Shown here: one piece after another, positions 27,061-41,924 of the stretch
Numbering within the stretch: the first letter of the stretch is position 1
Layout: each line of letters starts with the position of its first letter
Assembly (NCBI RefSeq): GCF_009914755.1
Contig: NC_060937.1
Length of the DNA stretch: 64,000 nt
Direction: 5' to 3' (one strand)
DNA from: the human T2T-CHM13v2.0 reference genome, Homo sapiens
Notes under the pieces: generated by a model
What the model saw: only the letters and a program-made list of their open reading frames with translations
What the model was told of the DNA's origin: nothing
The model's database searches: none
Translations under genes and position numbers: made by a program

Positions 27061-28518
27061 CACACATTTTTAAAGGAGATTTAAATTAACTTGAATTAAT
27101 TATTAATTAATTGAAGTTAAAATGAATGTTTTTTTGGTTTGCTAAATTCAGTTAATATATATTGGGCACTGCCAACATTTTCCCAATTAATTTATTCTCC
27201 TCTATTTTCCATAGCACTCAGCCGCCCAGTGCAGAGCCATGTAAATTCCATATCTGCCTCTGACTTCCTTTCCTCTAGGGTCATTTATTCTTTCACTAGT
27301 GGCATAACCTTTGGATGCCCCTTCCCATCACTAAATGTCAAGCAACTGCTTTGCAATGCTAAGTACTGAAATCTTCATATGTGCTGATGTAGCAATCATT
27401 AGGTGTAAGGTTTTTCAGAACCGTAAAAAATGAATTGTTTGTAAAAAGCCTCTTTAATGTGTTCAAGTTGAGCTCTTCAGTTCCACTTTCTGAAGGCTTC
27501 CACTGAAATGAAGAAAAAGTTCCCTGAAGCCCTCAGAATAAGTCATCAATCTTATGCAAACAACCAGCTTAAAACTATTTTGCTCTAGGATAGAAAATTT
27601 TCACCCTACGGCTTAACACAACTACCGAAGGCATGATGCTGTCACAAAGTAGGAAAGCTAGAGATATTTTAGACTTCTGTAATCCTGGTTACAGTCAAAT
27701 GTTGATGAATGAATATCTCTAAAATTTACAGAAGCTAGAGTGGTAAGCTATGTCATGTGGTGTTTAATTATCCAACTAGTCCACACCAACATTCACTGGC
27801 TTATCTAAACATTAATCAGGAGTCTGACTAGTGTAAAACCTTGGGAGAATTTATGCTTTTGCACATAAGATTTTGGCCTAAAAACTTCTCACAGTCTTGA
27901 AGTGTTAGCAATTGCTGACCTTTAATGATCCAATGAAAACAGTATTATAACTATTGCTTCCTCTTATAGTGTCCATAATAAATGTTCAGTAAAAAATTTA
28001 TTACCCAGCATTTCTATTCTAGTCATTTTCTTAAGCATTTTATCCTAAAATATAGTTTTTTAGTTCTCCTCCAAGGGAAAGAAAACCTCTTTCCAAAATT
28101 AAAAACATAATATTTGGACAACAAAAGACATTTAAAATACCACCTGAAGATTTTGAAGAGAATAAAAAAATTGCATTGACATTCTTTTCTCTTTACTTAT
28201 GAAAATAGAACACATTTTAAAACCCAACTCCAAGTTTTAGATGGTCTTTAATGTGAAAGGAAATTTCCACAAAAGATATTGCTAACTGAAAGCTCTTGGA
28301 AAGAGTAATAAATTGTGATTAAATAATACATTCACATAATCATTATTAAGAATGTTATTCAGTAGTCAGAAAATATATTTTACTACAAAATAAAATGATA
28401 AGGTGTTTATTGACAAGATTAGTTTGGGAAATGAAATAAATCTTCCCATTAATTAGATGAATATTATACCGTAAAATTCCCATAAACTAAGTGAATATGA
28501 GTCGATAAGAAGCCAATG

Positions 28519-29760
28519 ACTGAAACTGGACCCTTCCTTACACCTTATACAAAAATTAACTCGAGATTGATTAAAGACTTAAAACGTATGGCCTAAAACC
28601 ATAAAAATCCTACAAGAAAACCTAGGCAATACCATTTAGAACACAGGCATGGGCAAAGACTTCATGTCTAAAACACCAAAAGCAATGGCAACAAAAGCCA
28701 AAATTGACAAATGGGATCTAATTAAACTAAAGAGTTTCTGCACAGCAAAAGAAACTATCATCAGAGTGAACAGGCAACCTACAGAATGGGAGAAAAGTTT
28801 TGCAATCTATCCATCCGACAAAGGGTTAATATCCAGAATCTACTAAGAACTTAGACAAATTTACAAGAAAAAAACAACCCCATCAAAAGGTGGGCAAAGG
28901 ATATGAACAGGCACTTCTCAAAAGAAGACATTTATGCAGCCAACAAACATGAAAAAAAGCTCATCATCACTAGTCATTAGAGAAATGCAAATCAAAACCA
29001 CGATGAGATACCATCTCGCACCAGTTAGAATGGCGATCATTAAAAAGTCAGGAAACAACAGATGCTGGAGAGGATGTGGAGAAATAGGAAGCTTTTACAC
29101 TGTTAGTGGGGGTGTAAATTAGTTCAACCATTGTGGAAGACAGTGTGGCAATTCCTCAAGGAACTAGAACTAGAAATACCATTTGACCCAGCAATCCCAT
29201 TACTGGGTATACACCCAAAGGATTATAAATCATTCTACTATAAAGGCACATGCACACATATGTTTATTGTGGCACTATTCACAACAGTGAAGACTTGGAA
29301 CCAACCCAAATGTCCATCAATAATAGACTGGATAAAGAAAATGTGGCACATATACACCATGGAATACTATGCTGCCATAAAAAACAATGAGTTCATTTCC
29401 TTTGCAGGGACATGGATGAAACTGGAAGCCATCATTCTCAGCAAAGTATCACACAGGAACAGAAAACCAAATACCGCATGTCCTCACTCATAAGTGGGAG
29501 TTGAACAATGAGAACACATGGACACACAGAGGGGAACATCAGACACCAGGGCCTGTCGGGGGGTGGGGGGCTAGAGGAGGGATAGCATTAGGAGAAATAC
29601 CTAATATAGGTGATGGGTTGATGGGTGCAGCAAACCACCATGGCACTGTATACCTATGTAACAAAACTGAACGTTCTGCATATGTTCCTCAGAACTTAAA
29701 GTATAATAAATATACATATTTTTAAAAACACAAAATAATAAAAATAATAAAAATTTTAAA
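28519..29760 (+). mobile_element. 5'-truncated L1PA7/8 (ORF2 C-terminus, 3'UTR, A-rich tail)
   Basis: Peptides [22 protein letters not shown] and WNQPKCPS; TSD aagaagccaa at 28507-28516 and 29761-29770. Confidence 0.92.
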
Positions 29761-30419
29761 AAGAAGCCAAAGTGGAAAATCAAGCCTTTAAACTTTTTCA
29801 TTTGTAAAATACTTCATATTTTCAAAATACCTTCACACCATTATCACATTTTATCTTAATAACATCTCTATGATAGGTAGATGCTCATTGTTCAGAAAAA
29901 AAGAGGGGAAATGAGGTTTGCTAATAGACCAATAAGCTTTGCAAACTCCCTCCTTTGAAGCGGGTCAAGGTGAAAGCATGCAGGGGTATTTCCTACATAA
30001 TAAGGATGATCACCCTCATTATATCAGCCTGAGGTCATTGTTGAGCCACTACACATAAAAACCTATTTCATAGCTACTTTCCTCCTCACCAAACAGCAAG
30101 TAGAACACATGAGACTCTGATTCACTCTTCAGAATCCTTCAGAAAGGATTTCTGATTTCCTTCAGAAAGGAAAAGATATTGTCTATTCTCTAATATTTCA
30201 TTTTCAGTAGCATCACTGTTTATGTGTGACAGTCTATTTCTTCACAGTGATTTCCCATTTTTCCTGCTTTATCCTTCGTCTTCAACTTTAGGCAGACCAT
30301 CTCAAAGCTCAAGAGAACCCTGGGTGATTTCTAGTTTTTTAGGCTCCCAGAAAAATGAAATACAAAGAGAACCAAAATAGAATTGCAAATTTATGATTTA
30401 AAAAGTAATACTTTTAAGC

Positions 30420-31365
30420 AAATATGCATATAAAAAGACACTCAACATCATATGTCATTAGGGAATTTAAAATAAAACAACAATGAGATACCATTACACA
30501 CCTATTGGAATGGCCAACATCCAAAACACTGACAACACCAACTGCTGGCAAGGATGAGCAACAAGAACTCTCATTCATTCATTCTAATTCTGGTGAGAAT
30601 CCAAAATGATACAGCCACTTTGGAAGAAAGTTTGGCAATTTCTTACAAAATGAATGTACTTTTACCACATAATCCAGCAATCATGCTCCTTGATATTTAC
30701 TTAGATGAGATAGAAATTTATTTCCACACAAAAATCTCTACATCGATGTTTATAGAAGCTTTATTCATAATGGCCAAAACTTGAAAATAATCAAAATGTC
30801 TTTCAGTAGGTGAGTGGTTAAATAAACTGTGATACATCCATACAATGAAATACTATTGGGTGCTAAGAAGAAATTAGCTATTAAGCCATGAAAAGACACG
30901 GAGGACACTTAAATGCATATTACTAAGTAGAAGAAACAAATCTGAAAAACTATGTGATTCCAATTCTAAGACATTTTGGAAAAGGTAAAACTACAGAGAG
31001 GTAAAATGATCAGTGATTGCCAGGGGCTTAAGGGGAAAGAGGGAGAGAGAGGTGGAACATGGAGGATTTTTAGGGCAGCAAAATGACTCTGCATGATACT
31101 ATAATATTGGATACATATAATTGTACATTTGCCAAAACCCGTACAGTGTACAACTCTAAGAGTAAATTCTAATGCACACTATGGATTATGGGTGATAATG
31201 ACATGTCATTGTAGATTCACCGATTGTAACCAGTCTTGTGGGGGGTGTTGATAATGGAGAAAACTATGCATGTGTCAGGGCAGGGAATACGGAAACTCTG
31301 TGTACTCTCCACACAATTTTGCTGTGAATCTAAAACTGATCTGAAAAATAATCTATTCAAAAAAT
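30420..31365 (+). mobile_element. L1MC1/2 3' end
   Basis: caacatcatatgtcattaggga..aaaacactgacaacacca..gacattttggaaaaggtaaaacta..ttttgctgtgaatctaaaactg. Confidence 0.8.
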
Positions 31366-31474
31366 TAATGCTTATAACATGTACATACACACACACAAAA
31401 ATACAAATGTATGTATAACTCCATTGAGAGATAACATCAAAGCTCTTAATTTGAGGCCCATAGCAATTAGTATT

Positions 31475-31830
31475 GGTAGTTGCAAACAATACTCTCTGGT
31501 TTAAACAGAAGGTAATTTATTAAAGGATATGGTTAGCTTGCAGAATTTCTAGAGAAACCAAAGAATTCCATCTAAATGGTGCATATCTTGAAACCATCCA
31601 CAAGCAATAATCACAGGAAAGACTAGCCACCTTGGCCACCGGCCACTTGTCCCAGAACACACATGGGACTGGATGCCAAAACTCTGCCACAGGAGCCCCA
31701 GAAGAACCAGATACCTCCACCATCGCTTACCAGATGGTCAGTCTTCCCACAGCTGCCTCCTTATGTTACTTCTCTATCCAAGTCTTGCACGGATGTATCT
31801 GACTGGAAGTACCTGAATCGCATTCTTCCA
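31475..31830 (-). mobile_element. Old MLT1-type LTR fragment
   Basis: gttgcaaacaatactct..aatttattaaaggatat..ggatgtatctgactgg. Confidence 0.35.
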
Positions 31831-31999
31831 AATAGCCTAGAACAAAAATTTTTTAATCTATCATGAAATGGTGAGACTACCAACATGGGAAACTATCAAA
31901 ATGCTGGAAATCTAGAAAGTAACTCAAATCTCAAGTTATAGTAAACAGACGTAGTATGGAACAAGTTAAACCTGAAGAAAATCCAAAAGAGCCCAACAG

Positions 32000-32350
32000 A
32001 GAACTAGATGTGGGAATCTGTAGCAAATTGGAGAGGTTAAGCATGGAGATATACAGATAAGGAATCATAGTATATGGCGATAGTTAAAACCTAGAGAGCA
32101 GATGAGAGAGACCAGGAAGAGAACATTCAGTGAAAAGAACAAAGACCAAAGCTGAAGCCTTTGGAATCACCAGTGTTTAAGGGTAAGACGGCGTAAGAGA
32201 ATTCATGAAGGAGATGAAAACTGATGAAGGTCCTCAGCTTTCAAGAAGAATGGAGTATCAAGGTTCAAAATCAGCAAAGCATTCCTGTAAGATAAGGACT
32301 GAAAAATCCCTGTTGGATTTGGAGATCTAGAGACAGCTGGTGAGCACCAT
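32000..32350 (-). mobile_element. L2 fragment
   Basis: gctgaagcctttggaatcaccagtgtttaaggg..taagataaggactgaaaa..ttggatttgg. Confidence 0.55.
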
Positions 32351-34074
32351 GAATGTACCTGCATTCTAACACTACCATGGTACATCAAAATGGTCTGTTT
32401 TGTTGGCTCCTCTCTTAGCCTGTTATCTTCTAAAAGGCAGGAATGATGTCTCATTTAACTCAGAATCTCAGCACGTAATACAGTAGATGGAACAGGAAAT
32501 TCATTAAAGATGTGTTGATCCTAACTGAACTGAGACCTGAGGTTTCCCTTTGAAAGTTCATCCAAGAAGCTAACAGTGAAATTCCTAAACATTCAAATCT
32601 TTGTGCTTCTTGACACCCTGACTTGCCAACTTCTCTGATCCAGAATTACTCATTATTAGCTCCTAATATCACAAGTTTAAATGAGACCCCCCTTCCTTGC
32701 TTTTTGGAACCTTTCAATAATTACCTTCTCTTTAACAAGGTAATGATAATTAAAACAATAATAGCAGAAATAGCAATCACCTGTAGAGTACTTTACATTT
32801 TACAAAGTATTTTAATACTCATAATTCCCATTCAATAAAAATAACAGCCCTGTGAAATGAGTATTTTTATTTTCCCTATTTTGTGACTGATCTAAAAATC
32901 ACTCATACTTAGAGGTTCCTGCTGGACTCACCAAGGTCCTCTGGCTTCAAATCTCAAGCTCGTTTCTCTCTGCCACACTAGCTGGGATGGCCCACAAAGA
33001 TGTTGGTTCCGTCATTTTATGCCTCCAGGCTCATATGTGATTAGCATTTGGAGATATAATTTATCAGTTGGCATCTGTTGCTGGAGGTACTGAGAGTGGA
33101 TATTAGTCATTTCAAGGGATTCAATTTAAACCTAGTGAGTGAGATGATTTCTTAAACTCTTGGAGGAAGATGTTGAAAGACTCACATCTTGATATATTGA
33201 AGAGGGAAGAGATTTTTCTAAGTATTTGGGAATCAGGATTCCAACCTGGCCAGTTGACTTGAACTTTGAGTTCCTTCTTACATTTAGGAGAATGATGATG
33301 TGGGTGAGACCCAGGGTAAATTATTAGGACTACTGGGGTTGGTGGTAGGTTCTGCTTTACCAGGTTCTGATGATACTGCAACTGACCAAGGAACCCAAAA
33401 TTCCAGGGTTACAGCAATAGGGATAACGAAAGTAACTGCTGCTGCCCTTGTTTTCCCCAAGTTTTACAAATACTTGCTCTTGTGTCTCGCTCTCTCTCTC
33501 AAATTTGAGCACAAAACTCAATTTCAGGCTATATGGTTCAGTATCAGATAGCCCAGAACAACAAAAAAAAAAAGCAGGAGAAACTGGGCAATTTCATTCA
33601 AAGCAAATCAAGCAAAGCTGTAACCTGAGCTTTTTTCTTCCTTAAAGGTGTTAAAAATCCTTCAGTACCTCAAGTGGATAGGAAATTAAGATTACGTTCT
33701 TTGATTTTAAAATATTTAATTCAGTTTCTTTCCAAAGTTCAGCTCTCAGGATGGCTCAACTCATAGCTCCTTCCTAATGTAAATGAATTCAAAAGCAAGA
33801 CATGCTGGGATGGGAGGGCAACTTGGAGGCCAGCAAAGTGGGGTATGAGGAAAAACTAGGCAAAAACTTGTAGCAAGGGGCCCAGTAGCAATGGCTGGCC
33901 AGGGAGAGCTTAGCCAAATGGTCTAAAGTATCCAAAGAATGTGGTTAGTCCAGATATGGCCCTGGGACTGTAACCTGGCATTCAGGGCAAGTCATGGAGT
34001 GAGCCCATGGGTCAGAGGATAATGCAGAGTTGGGAAGAGCTGCATCAGCATCCTGGAAAAGAGCAGAGAAACAA

Positions 34075-34310
34075 CATAGTAGAGAGCTCTGCTATTGAGC
34101 CAGAGAAACGTGGCTTGAAATTCAGCTTTGCTCTTCCTTAGCTGTGTAACTGGGGCTCCTCTTGAACCAGTTTCTTTTTTATAATAAGGGATGTTCATAC
34201 CTTCCTTTTATGATTGCTGTGAGAATTAAAGAAAATATTTATAAAGCACCTTCTATAATACTTCTACAAAACAAACACAAAATGAATGTAAGCAATTATA
34301 ATTATATAAT
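34075..34310 (+). mobile_element. MIR
   Basis: ttagctgtgtaactgggg..cagtttctttttt..tgctgtgagaattaaa. Confidence 0.6.
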
Positions 34311-35397
34311 GATCTGTCCTTTCACCACAGCCACTAACAGTAGCTGGGAACATGGAGAATACAGAGAACGTTAGCCAAAATTAAGAGGAATTATATCAAG
34401 ATTGGGGTTTGGAAACTTGAAACGGTATTTATTCCATAAATATATGAGGAGCTGCATATTACCCCAGGCATTGGGGGATTTTTCCTTAAACAAAAAATAC
34501 CAAATAACACATAAGAACAGTTATTATTACTTTTAACATCCCCCTAGTAGAGACTCTTGTGGATAAATTCCAGCTTGGTTAGGAAAGGAAAGATGGATGT
34601 GCAAGTATAAGATGCAGCCACGCATTATAAATCATTTCTGACCAAAAGGGCTGTCTAAAGTGAAACTGGCCACTACATCTGATCACAAATTACTTCCAAA
34701 GACACATAGAATAATTGGAGATTAAGATAAGAAAGATCGCCTGTAGGAGAGAGTATAGGCTCTGAGTTGTTTCTCTTAAAAGTTTTGATACGGATTTTTC
34801 TGAATAGGTCTCCATCCTGAAGAGCAAACCATCAATATAAGCACTCATTACTTCAACATTTGTGTTCATTGTTAAACATGTTTCTCCAGCAAAGATAGGC
34901 TAAAAATGCAAGGAAGATAAAATTCAATAAGTTTATTTTGCAATCCTTCTCAAAGACGCTGAAATAAATATTCAAAAAAGTTTAGTGATAGTGATTATCC
35001 CTAGGAATAGGGATAGTACATTTCATTTTTCACACAGATCCCAGCTTCATCCAAGGACAATCAAAAAGTCACTAAATGACGAGCTCTGTAAAAATGGCAA
35101 AGACGGCCAACAAATTAAGTAAGCCCAGAGACACAGCAGGAGGGAAGCCATGAATCCAAGACACAAAAGGAAATTTGTTCTTTGAACTTTATTTCTTCTT
35201 TCCTAAAATTAATGGCCTAAAACTGTAGCAATCATTTGTAAAAATATAAGTCACATATTCACTTACACAATTTGCCCATTTTACTTTCTACATTTACTCT
35301 CAAGTAAGCTGACAGCTGGAGAGAAAAAGGTGCAATCAGCCAAGAAAGTGGCTTTAGAATGAAGCTAATAGGCAGTTATTATGTTGGTTAAAGCTGG

Positions 35398-35861
35398 TCT
35401 CATAGCCAGGGTTCTTTAGAAAAACAGAACCAATAGGATAGATTCCACATAAATAGAGATAGAGAAAAGATGTTTCATGGGAATTGGCTCACGTGATTAT
35501 AGAGGCCGAGAAGTCCTATAACCTGCCACCTGCAACCTGGAGAATCAGGAAAACCAGCGGTGTAATTCAGTCCAAGTTGGAAGGTCCAAGAACAAGGAGC
35601 ACCAACGTCTGAGGGCAGGAGAAAATAAATGTTCCGGCTCTAACAGGAAGAAAATTGGCTTTCACTCTGCCTTTTTGCTTTACTCAAGCTCTCAGTGGAT
35701 TGGATGATGCCTGCCCACCTTGATGAGGGTGGGTTGTACTCAGCCTAGAGATTCAAATGTTAATCTCTTCCAGAAACACAGACACACCTAGAAGTACTGT
35801 TTGCCAGCTCTCTAGGAATCTTTTAGCCCAGTCTAGCTGACACATAAAATTAACCATCACA
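35398..35861 (-). mobile_element. MLT2-family ERVL solo LTR
   Basis: cagggttctttagaaaaacagaaccaatagga..ggaattggctcacgtgattatagaggc..tgacacataaaattaaccatcaca; 5-bp TSD gctgg. Confidence 0.85.
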
Positions 35862-36883
35862 GCTGGTAAAAGAATTTCTCATGATAGTTTTCATTGTTCT
35901 TCAGGATAAAAATATGAAAATGTTAAAGTGCCCTAAGAAAATTCAGGAAATTGAGAGAAGGGCCTCATTTTGGGCAGGTGAGCAGAGAGCCTCAGTTGCT
36001 ACCATGCTGAGGAAAAAACAGACTTTGTCGAGTGAAAATGTAAAACTTGATTGATGTGGAAAAATCTCCTCCTCTGCCTTCCCTATAAAACCCTCAGTGA
36101 CATCTTCTTTGGTCTACCAGGTATCTGGGTAAGTTGCTTCTTTAAGAGATGACAAAGAGTTGCTGGGTCTGCATCCAGGTAGTTACAGGATGAACACAGA
36201 GAAGGTGGTTGTGGCTTCTGGAGCCAGAGGATGACAGTACAGCTGACATCTGGGTTACAGGATGTGGGGAATCCAAGAATCAATCCACAGCTATTCATCA
36301 AAAACCTGATAAGTACTTAGCATGGACCTTGCCAACCAACGTAGGGAAACAAATTAAAAATAACACATAGTAGGGCTGGAAAGAGAATCTTGAGTGAAGA
36401 AAAAACCCACTCATAAAGCACCACTTGGAGTAGACAAGGAAGCCACAAATGAAACCTGAGTTTTCCAAATATTCTTAGCTTGAAAGCAGCCTGTTCATTA
36501 GAATAGCACAGGAATCTAGGGAAATCATCACTGATTTCTTCCTTCAAATACATCAAAATCAAAAAAATCATCTTTCTTTCACTCATCTTTTATGTTTAAT
36601 ATCTGGAAGTCTTTTCCATCCCTAGTCTCTCTTCTCTCAGCCTTTCTCACTTCATCTTTAGGTCCACAATATCAGAAAAGAAATGTAGTCATGTATGGTA
36701 TAGACAGGTGTTTATGTCTCAAAACATTGCCACTTTCCAGTAAACAGTCATCAAATCCAGGAATAAAAAAGAGCCATCTCTCAAAATAAGGATGGACAGT
36801 ATAGAGTGCCTTCTGTACAGTCAGTTTGGAGACTTATCAAGAGCAGAAAACACTGAGTTTCTTCTTTTGTTTCCTTGTATGTC

Positions 36884-36928
36884 TGTCTCCCCTATTTGAA
36901 TGTCTCCCCTATTTGAATGTCTCCCCTA
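36884..36928 (+). repeat. 17-bp tandem repeat, 2.6 copies
   Basis: tgtctcccctatttgaa twice, then tgtctccccta. Confidence 0.9.
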
Positions 36929-37152
36929 CTAGATGCTCTAATGTACACACATCCTCTTTCTTGTTCATTGTTAGAGCCCCAGCACATATGACAAGGCCAG
37001 TAGTAACTTCCAAAGGAAAATTTGTTGAATGAACAAATGAATGATGTGTTTTTCCTGAAAACTTGGCTAGTCTATTCAACTCTTCAGGAGGGAAAGATGT
37101 GTTGCTCATTTAAATCATTGGAATATTTCTTTAGAATTGTAGTTGTAACAAT

Positions 37153-37710
37153 TGAGGAAGGAAAAAGAGCAGCCCCTGACACCCAGAAGCTGGCCTGGCT
37201 CTCACAGGTAGACCCTGTGATTCTCCCATTAGACATGAACCATCTCACAGAAAACCAGCCTCTGACCAGGCAACTTTGAGATCATGATTACATAAGACCA
37301 AGCAGGGCCACTTCATAATTTTGTCTAAGTACAGACAAAAGCAAGTCACTGTACCACCCACAAAATACCAAACACCCTATCTCTTGGCTGAAATGAGGAC
37401 TGCTACTTCTTTACCAATGACAACTTTATTCTCCCTATAGTTTCCCCTTCCTATAGATAAAAGTCATTGAGATCCATAATCAGAGAATTGCCCGGCTTTC
37501 TAACACCATCCAATCTAGAGGGAATCCCTGCTACCTCAGACCCTGCCTCAAATCACCCAATCAAAGTCCAATCTTACAAGGTCCTTTCTAACACTCTCTT
37601 ACTGAGACACCCATAATTCCCATAATGTGTGTTCTCCCTCACTGCAACAAGTAATGAACCAGCCTTATTCAAGTACAAGAGTGTTTCTGGAGGTCTTTGG
37701 CTGGACATCA
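37153..37710 (+). mobile_element. ERV1-class solo LTR (MER4-group, subfamily uncertain)
   Basis: tgagg..aaagagcagcccctgac start; ctactgcaacaagtaatgaaccagc poly(A)-signal region; ..ggacatca end. Confidence 0.6.
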
Positions 37711-37819
37711 TTAATGGAGTATTACATCAAAAAAACACAAAAAACAAAAACATGAGATGAGAGTTAGAAGTTCAAACTTAGAATGATCACAAAATACCAG
37801 CTACTGTTAGATATTTGAT

Positions 37820-38030
37820 TGATAATAGTAATAATAGCTAGCACTACTTGAGCTACTACACCCTGCCAGACACCGTGCCCTATCTCCTTTAATCCCTATA
37901 ACACTATTAGGTCAATTCTATTATCTTCCCCCCTTACAGATGGGGAAACTGAGGCTCAGTGAAGTAACTTGTTCAAGTTCACACAGTAAGTGGAGGAAGT
38001 GGCTTTAAACCCAGATATTATACTGACCTT
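37820..38030 (-). mobile_element. MIR
   Basis: Core ttacagatggggaaactgaggctcag..taacttgttcaagttcacacag. Confidence 0.8.
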
Positions 38031-41000
38031 TCTACAGGTGGTTTACTTTCAGAGGGGGTTAAATTTTAATGTACTACATTCCTGAAGTTTCTTGACAAAG
38101 ATACTATGTTCAGTGTGAGAGAGACAACCTTCAAACCAAGAAAGGTAAGAACTTCAGCATCTGTTCAGAATATCCTGGAGGGCTCCAGGCCTCTGCCAAA
38201 GCAACTCTCCAACTTTCACTCTTCAAAGAAGCTTAGTCATTGGCACCAAATTTGCATCACAAAACTACTTCTCAATTGGTATGTTTTCTAAAAGCTAAAA
38301 GCAACTGTCTTTCTGTCTGCATAAGTGTTTCTCTCTGCCAGATAAGATAGAATATGGGTTTTGTTCCTGCCAAAGGAAAGATCACGCTTTCAATAAAAGC
38401 AACAGACTACTTTTCCAACTGTGCCATGAATGTTCTCCAGCCATCCCGAATGGGCTGAATTGACAAAATATCACTCTCTCTCTTCTGAACCAATAATAAC
38501 CAGGAATGGTTATATCTAAAGCTAAAACAGGGCAGAAAGCTGCAAGATTGGCACCCCAGAGAAATCAAAAGAAGTGTCAACAATGCAATATCTTATCAAA
38601 ATGTGATTCTATTTCTTCTCTCACTTCGGAAGGAAATCTGCAGAATCGCACTGAAGTTGCATTATTGCTCTCCAATGCCAATCCAGGTGAGAGGCACACA
38701 AGATTATGAGAAAAGTTCTGAGACACTTGGCCCACATGTAACAATAAAGACAAGACCAATAGCCAGCCAAGAGGCTCTTTGCAATGTCATCATTTGGCTT
38801 AATTCTGTTGGGACAAAGCGGGTGTTTACAATATTCCAAAGGAAGGAGACACAGGGCCATATTGCAGGAATATGGTTTCCTGTGTGGGCCTGGCATGAGA
38901 GACCTAAATAAGATAAATTCACACAACAAGGAAGCTGGAAAAATTTCTGCAATATGAAGACATTTCCAGGGGGAAAAAGAGGGGCCCCTGGGAACACTTC
39001 CATTTCCCACAATAAGAGTCTTTCTTTACAATTTGTTTCCTCTTCTCTAGTAACTCAGTGGCTAAAGCCCAGCCTATGGACTGGGGCTGGGTAATTATTT
39101 CACAGAACCCACTAATCCACATACATATTTACTTCAACGAAGTAAACAAAAACATTATTATATGAGGGTCTATAACATCATTTCACTTTGTAAAGAGGCC
39201 AACACTGGAAACATTTGGTCTACACCATATCTCCTCATTCTGCTATTAACAATTTCATGCAAAACAAAACTCAAAAGCTTACTAAAGTCAATGCTTGTTA
39301 AGCAGCAATTTAATTTTTTTAAACCTACAACTCTCAAAAGAATTTCCAGGTCACTGAGATATGGAAAAATGTAATGAAACTGTGACAATTAAATTTATTT
39401 TGGACAAGGATCATTAGATATCTCAAGTAAAAAGTAATCTACTGAGTGCTGCCTTCATATGATTCACACTTTGGCTGTGTCTAAAAGTTGTTTGTGTATT
39501 TACTGTCATATTTACTTGTCCCTGGTTTGGGTTCATTAGTTCTCATTTATTAATTCTCTCTATAATGGGTCACTTTTAGAGCAGTCTTAAAATAGTAGAT
39601 GAGGACTCTGAAGTCAGATGTGCTCCATTTCTCATTATAATATAAATTAAGATAATAAAATATACCAGACCACTCTTTTAGATTTATTCAAACAGTGTTT
39701 CTAAGATTTGGAAATTCAGCCCTGAGTATTTCATGCATTTGTTACTCTCTTATCTCCTGTTTTGTCTTCTTAAATTTTTCTTCCTAAATTCATATCCATG
39801 TTTCCCAGAAGCTTCTGAGAATTCTTCAGATTTCCATTTTAAAAATTGCAGGAGGAAATGCACTAAAGCTAAGTGATTGCTCCAGACGATGAAAGTAGTT
39901 TCTTTTTTTACAATGAGCATATGCTTTTATAATGAGGAAAATATATTAAAAATAAAATGTGGAAATAATAATTCTAACTCCATAATCACGTGCAAACACT
40001 GCAGTAGCTAACTTCCTCCCCTTATCATAAATTCTGATCTCTTAGTTTTTACTCAATACTTACAAAAAAGCATTTGCAATAACATTTGATAAAAACAGAA
40101 ATATCCTAAGACTGTTTCTTGTTCACACAGATCACAGAGGACAACTGGTCCTTCCACCTGTCTTTCCTTGTCGCTCTCGGCAATCAACAACCATGGAGTT
40201 TGTACTTTACTTTTTCTGTTTCATATCCTTCCTCCACTACTGGGAAGTAGGACTTTGAAATTTTGGAGACAAAGGAACAACCCTGCATCTGCATCCTTCA
40301 GGACTGGTTCTTGATCTACTAAATTAATCTAGAAAATTCTGTCTTACCCATGCCTATTTTCAAAACTTCTTAGTTGTACTGAAAAGATGGAAGGCTATAG
40401 GGAGAACTTTGTTTAAAAGAAACATTTAAATGCATCCAGTTATTATTTGTAAGATATTTCCCAGTTGTACATTTTCTGTTTATTGTTGTGACCAATATTT
40501 TAAGTATTTTTGTATTATTAACTGGGTTTCCAGGAATAGTCTTAATTTATGATATTGCTTTTAGAGAAAATAAGGACTTAATACAACCATCATATAGGAT
40601 GGAATTAGGTAGCAAGTTGAAGGCATAAAACCCAGTTTCCTCCTATTTCCACCCTTTTTTTAACCATCTACTTTAACTAAGTTTTCCTTCTTAAAGCAAT
40701 GGCCTGCCATAATTATTTGACCAGCTTCCACTGTCCTTTCTGACAAAATAAAGAGGGAGCAATGACATTCTGGTTTTCTATAAAGAAGAATATCAAAAGG
40801 TGAATGCAGAGACAAAAGAAAACAACTGATGATGTTGCCTGTACCCTGGGGAAGAAATATACTTAACATAATCCATGCCCAGGGAAGTATCCCCTTCTTA
40901 TATTGATAGGAAATTAGATGCTCGAAAATTAAACTGCAAAACCATGGTGATTTGACCACATATCAAGTTGACACTATTGAAAAAGTAACAGCCCAGATCC

Positions 41001-41924
41001 AATATTTCAATATCATCAGGCATCTCTAGAACTGTTGTTCCCTTTTCTCTCTGTATGATGCCACATAGAATAAATCTGCCTCCACTAGTAATTTGCATAC
41101 AGAATCTGGTGACATCCATCTTCCCTAATAACTCAACCAACTTCATTTCTTAGGTTCTCTCCATAGTCCCTAAAAAACCAGCCAGGCACCCTCCCAGGCC
41201 ACTGTTCCTAAACCTTAGGCTTTCCCTGCACACAGCACTTCTTCGTTGTATACATACAATTGCAGTTATTTCTAACTTGCTTCTCTGTGGTTTATCCTCC
41301 CATTCTCAGCAGGGCTTCATTAACATAAGAGTAGGGCATTAATGATCTCCATTCAACCTTCTCTATTCTTATCAGCAATGGAATAATTGGGCCGGGCCGC
41401 TGACCTTTCTGGGTCCTGCCTCCCTTCCCACCACCTCAGCCTCACCCAAGGCCCATTTGTGAATATGATCGGTCCCCATTCACTTCTCTCCACTCAGCTC
41501 TCTGTGGGGCTTGGAAACATGCCACAAGCATTATTGTGTGTTGTCAGAAAGAGGCTTCGCTCTGGATGGTGTGTTTTGCTCCCTATAATTCATCATTACT
41601 TTCTTTGAAAAGATTACTTTTGTAATCCTTCATCCTAGAATATTGATCAAATCAGAGGGGGAAAAAAGCAGGCTAAGAAATATAATTAGGGTCCCTTACT
41701 GGGTTGGTGTGAGGGAAGTTACTGACTATTTGTGAAGTAAGAAAAAGAAGAACATAGCTTTAAGGACCACTAGAGGACTTAGGTTTATGTTTAAAGCATT
41801 TTGAGATGCTAAGAGATGTTTAAAGGTTAAATAAAACCAGAACATGTTTGGTATAATTGAGAGTACATACCCCTTAAAGACACTGGGCACTTGATTCTGT
41901 AGGTTACTGAGGGAGGGCAGAGCT

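Noticed and set aside
36084-36134. TATAAAA followed by an acceptor-like tract and a gtaagt donor
   Set aside because: The spacing implies an implausibly tiny exon, there is no CpG or other support, and such motifs are expected by chance.
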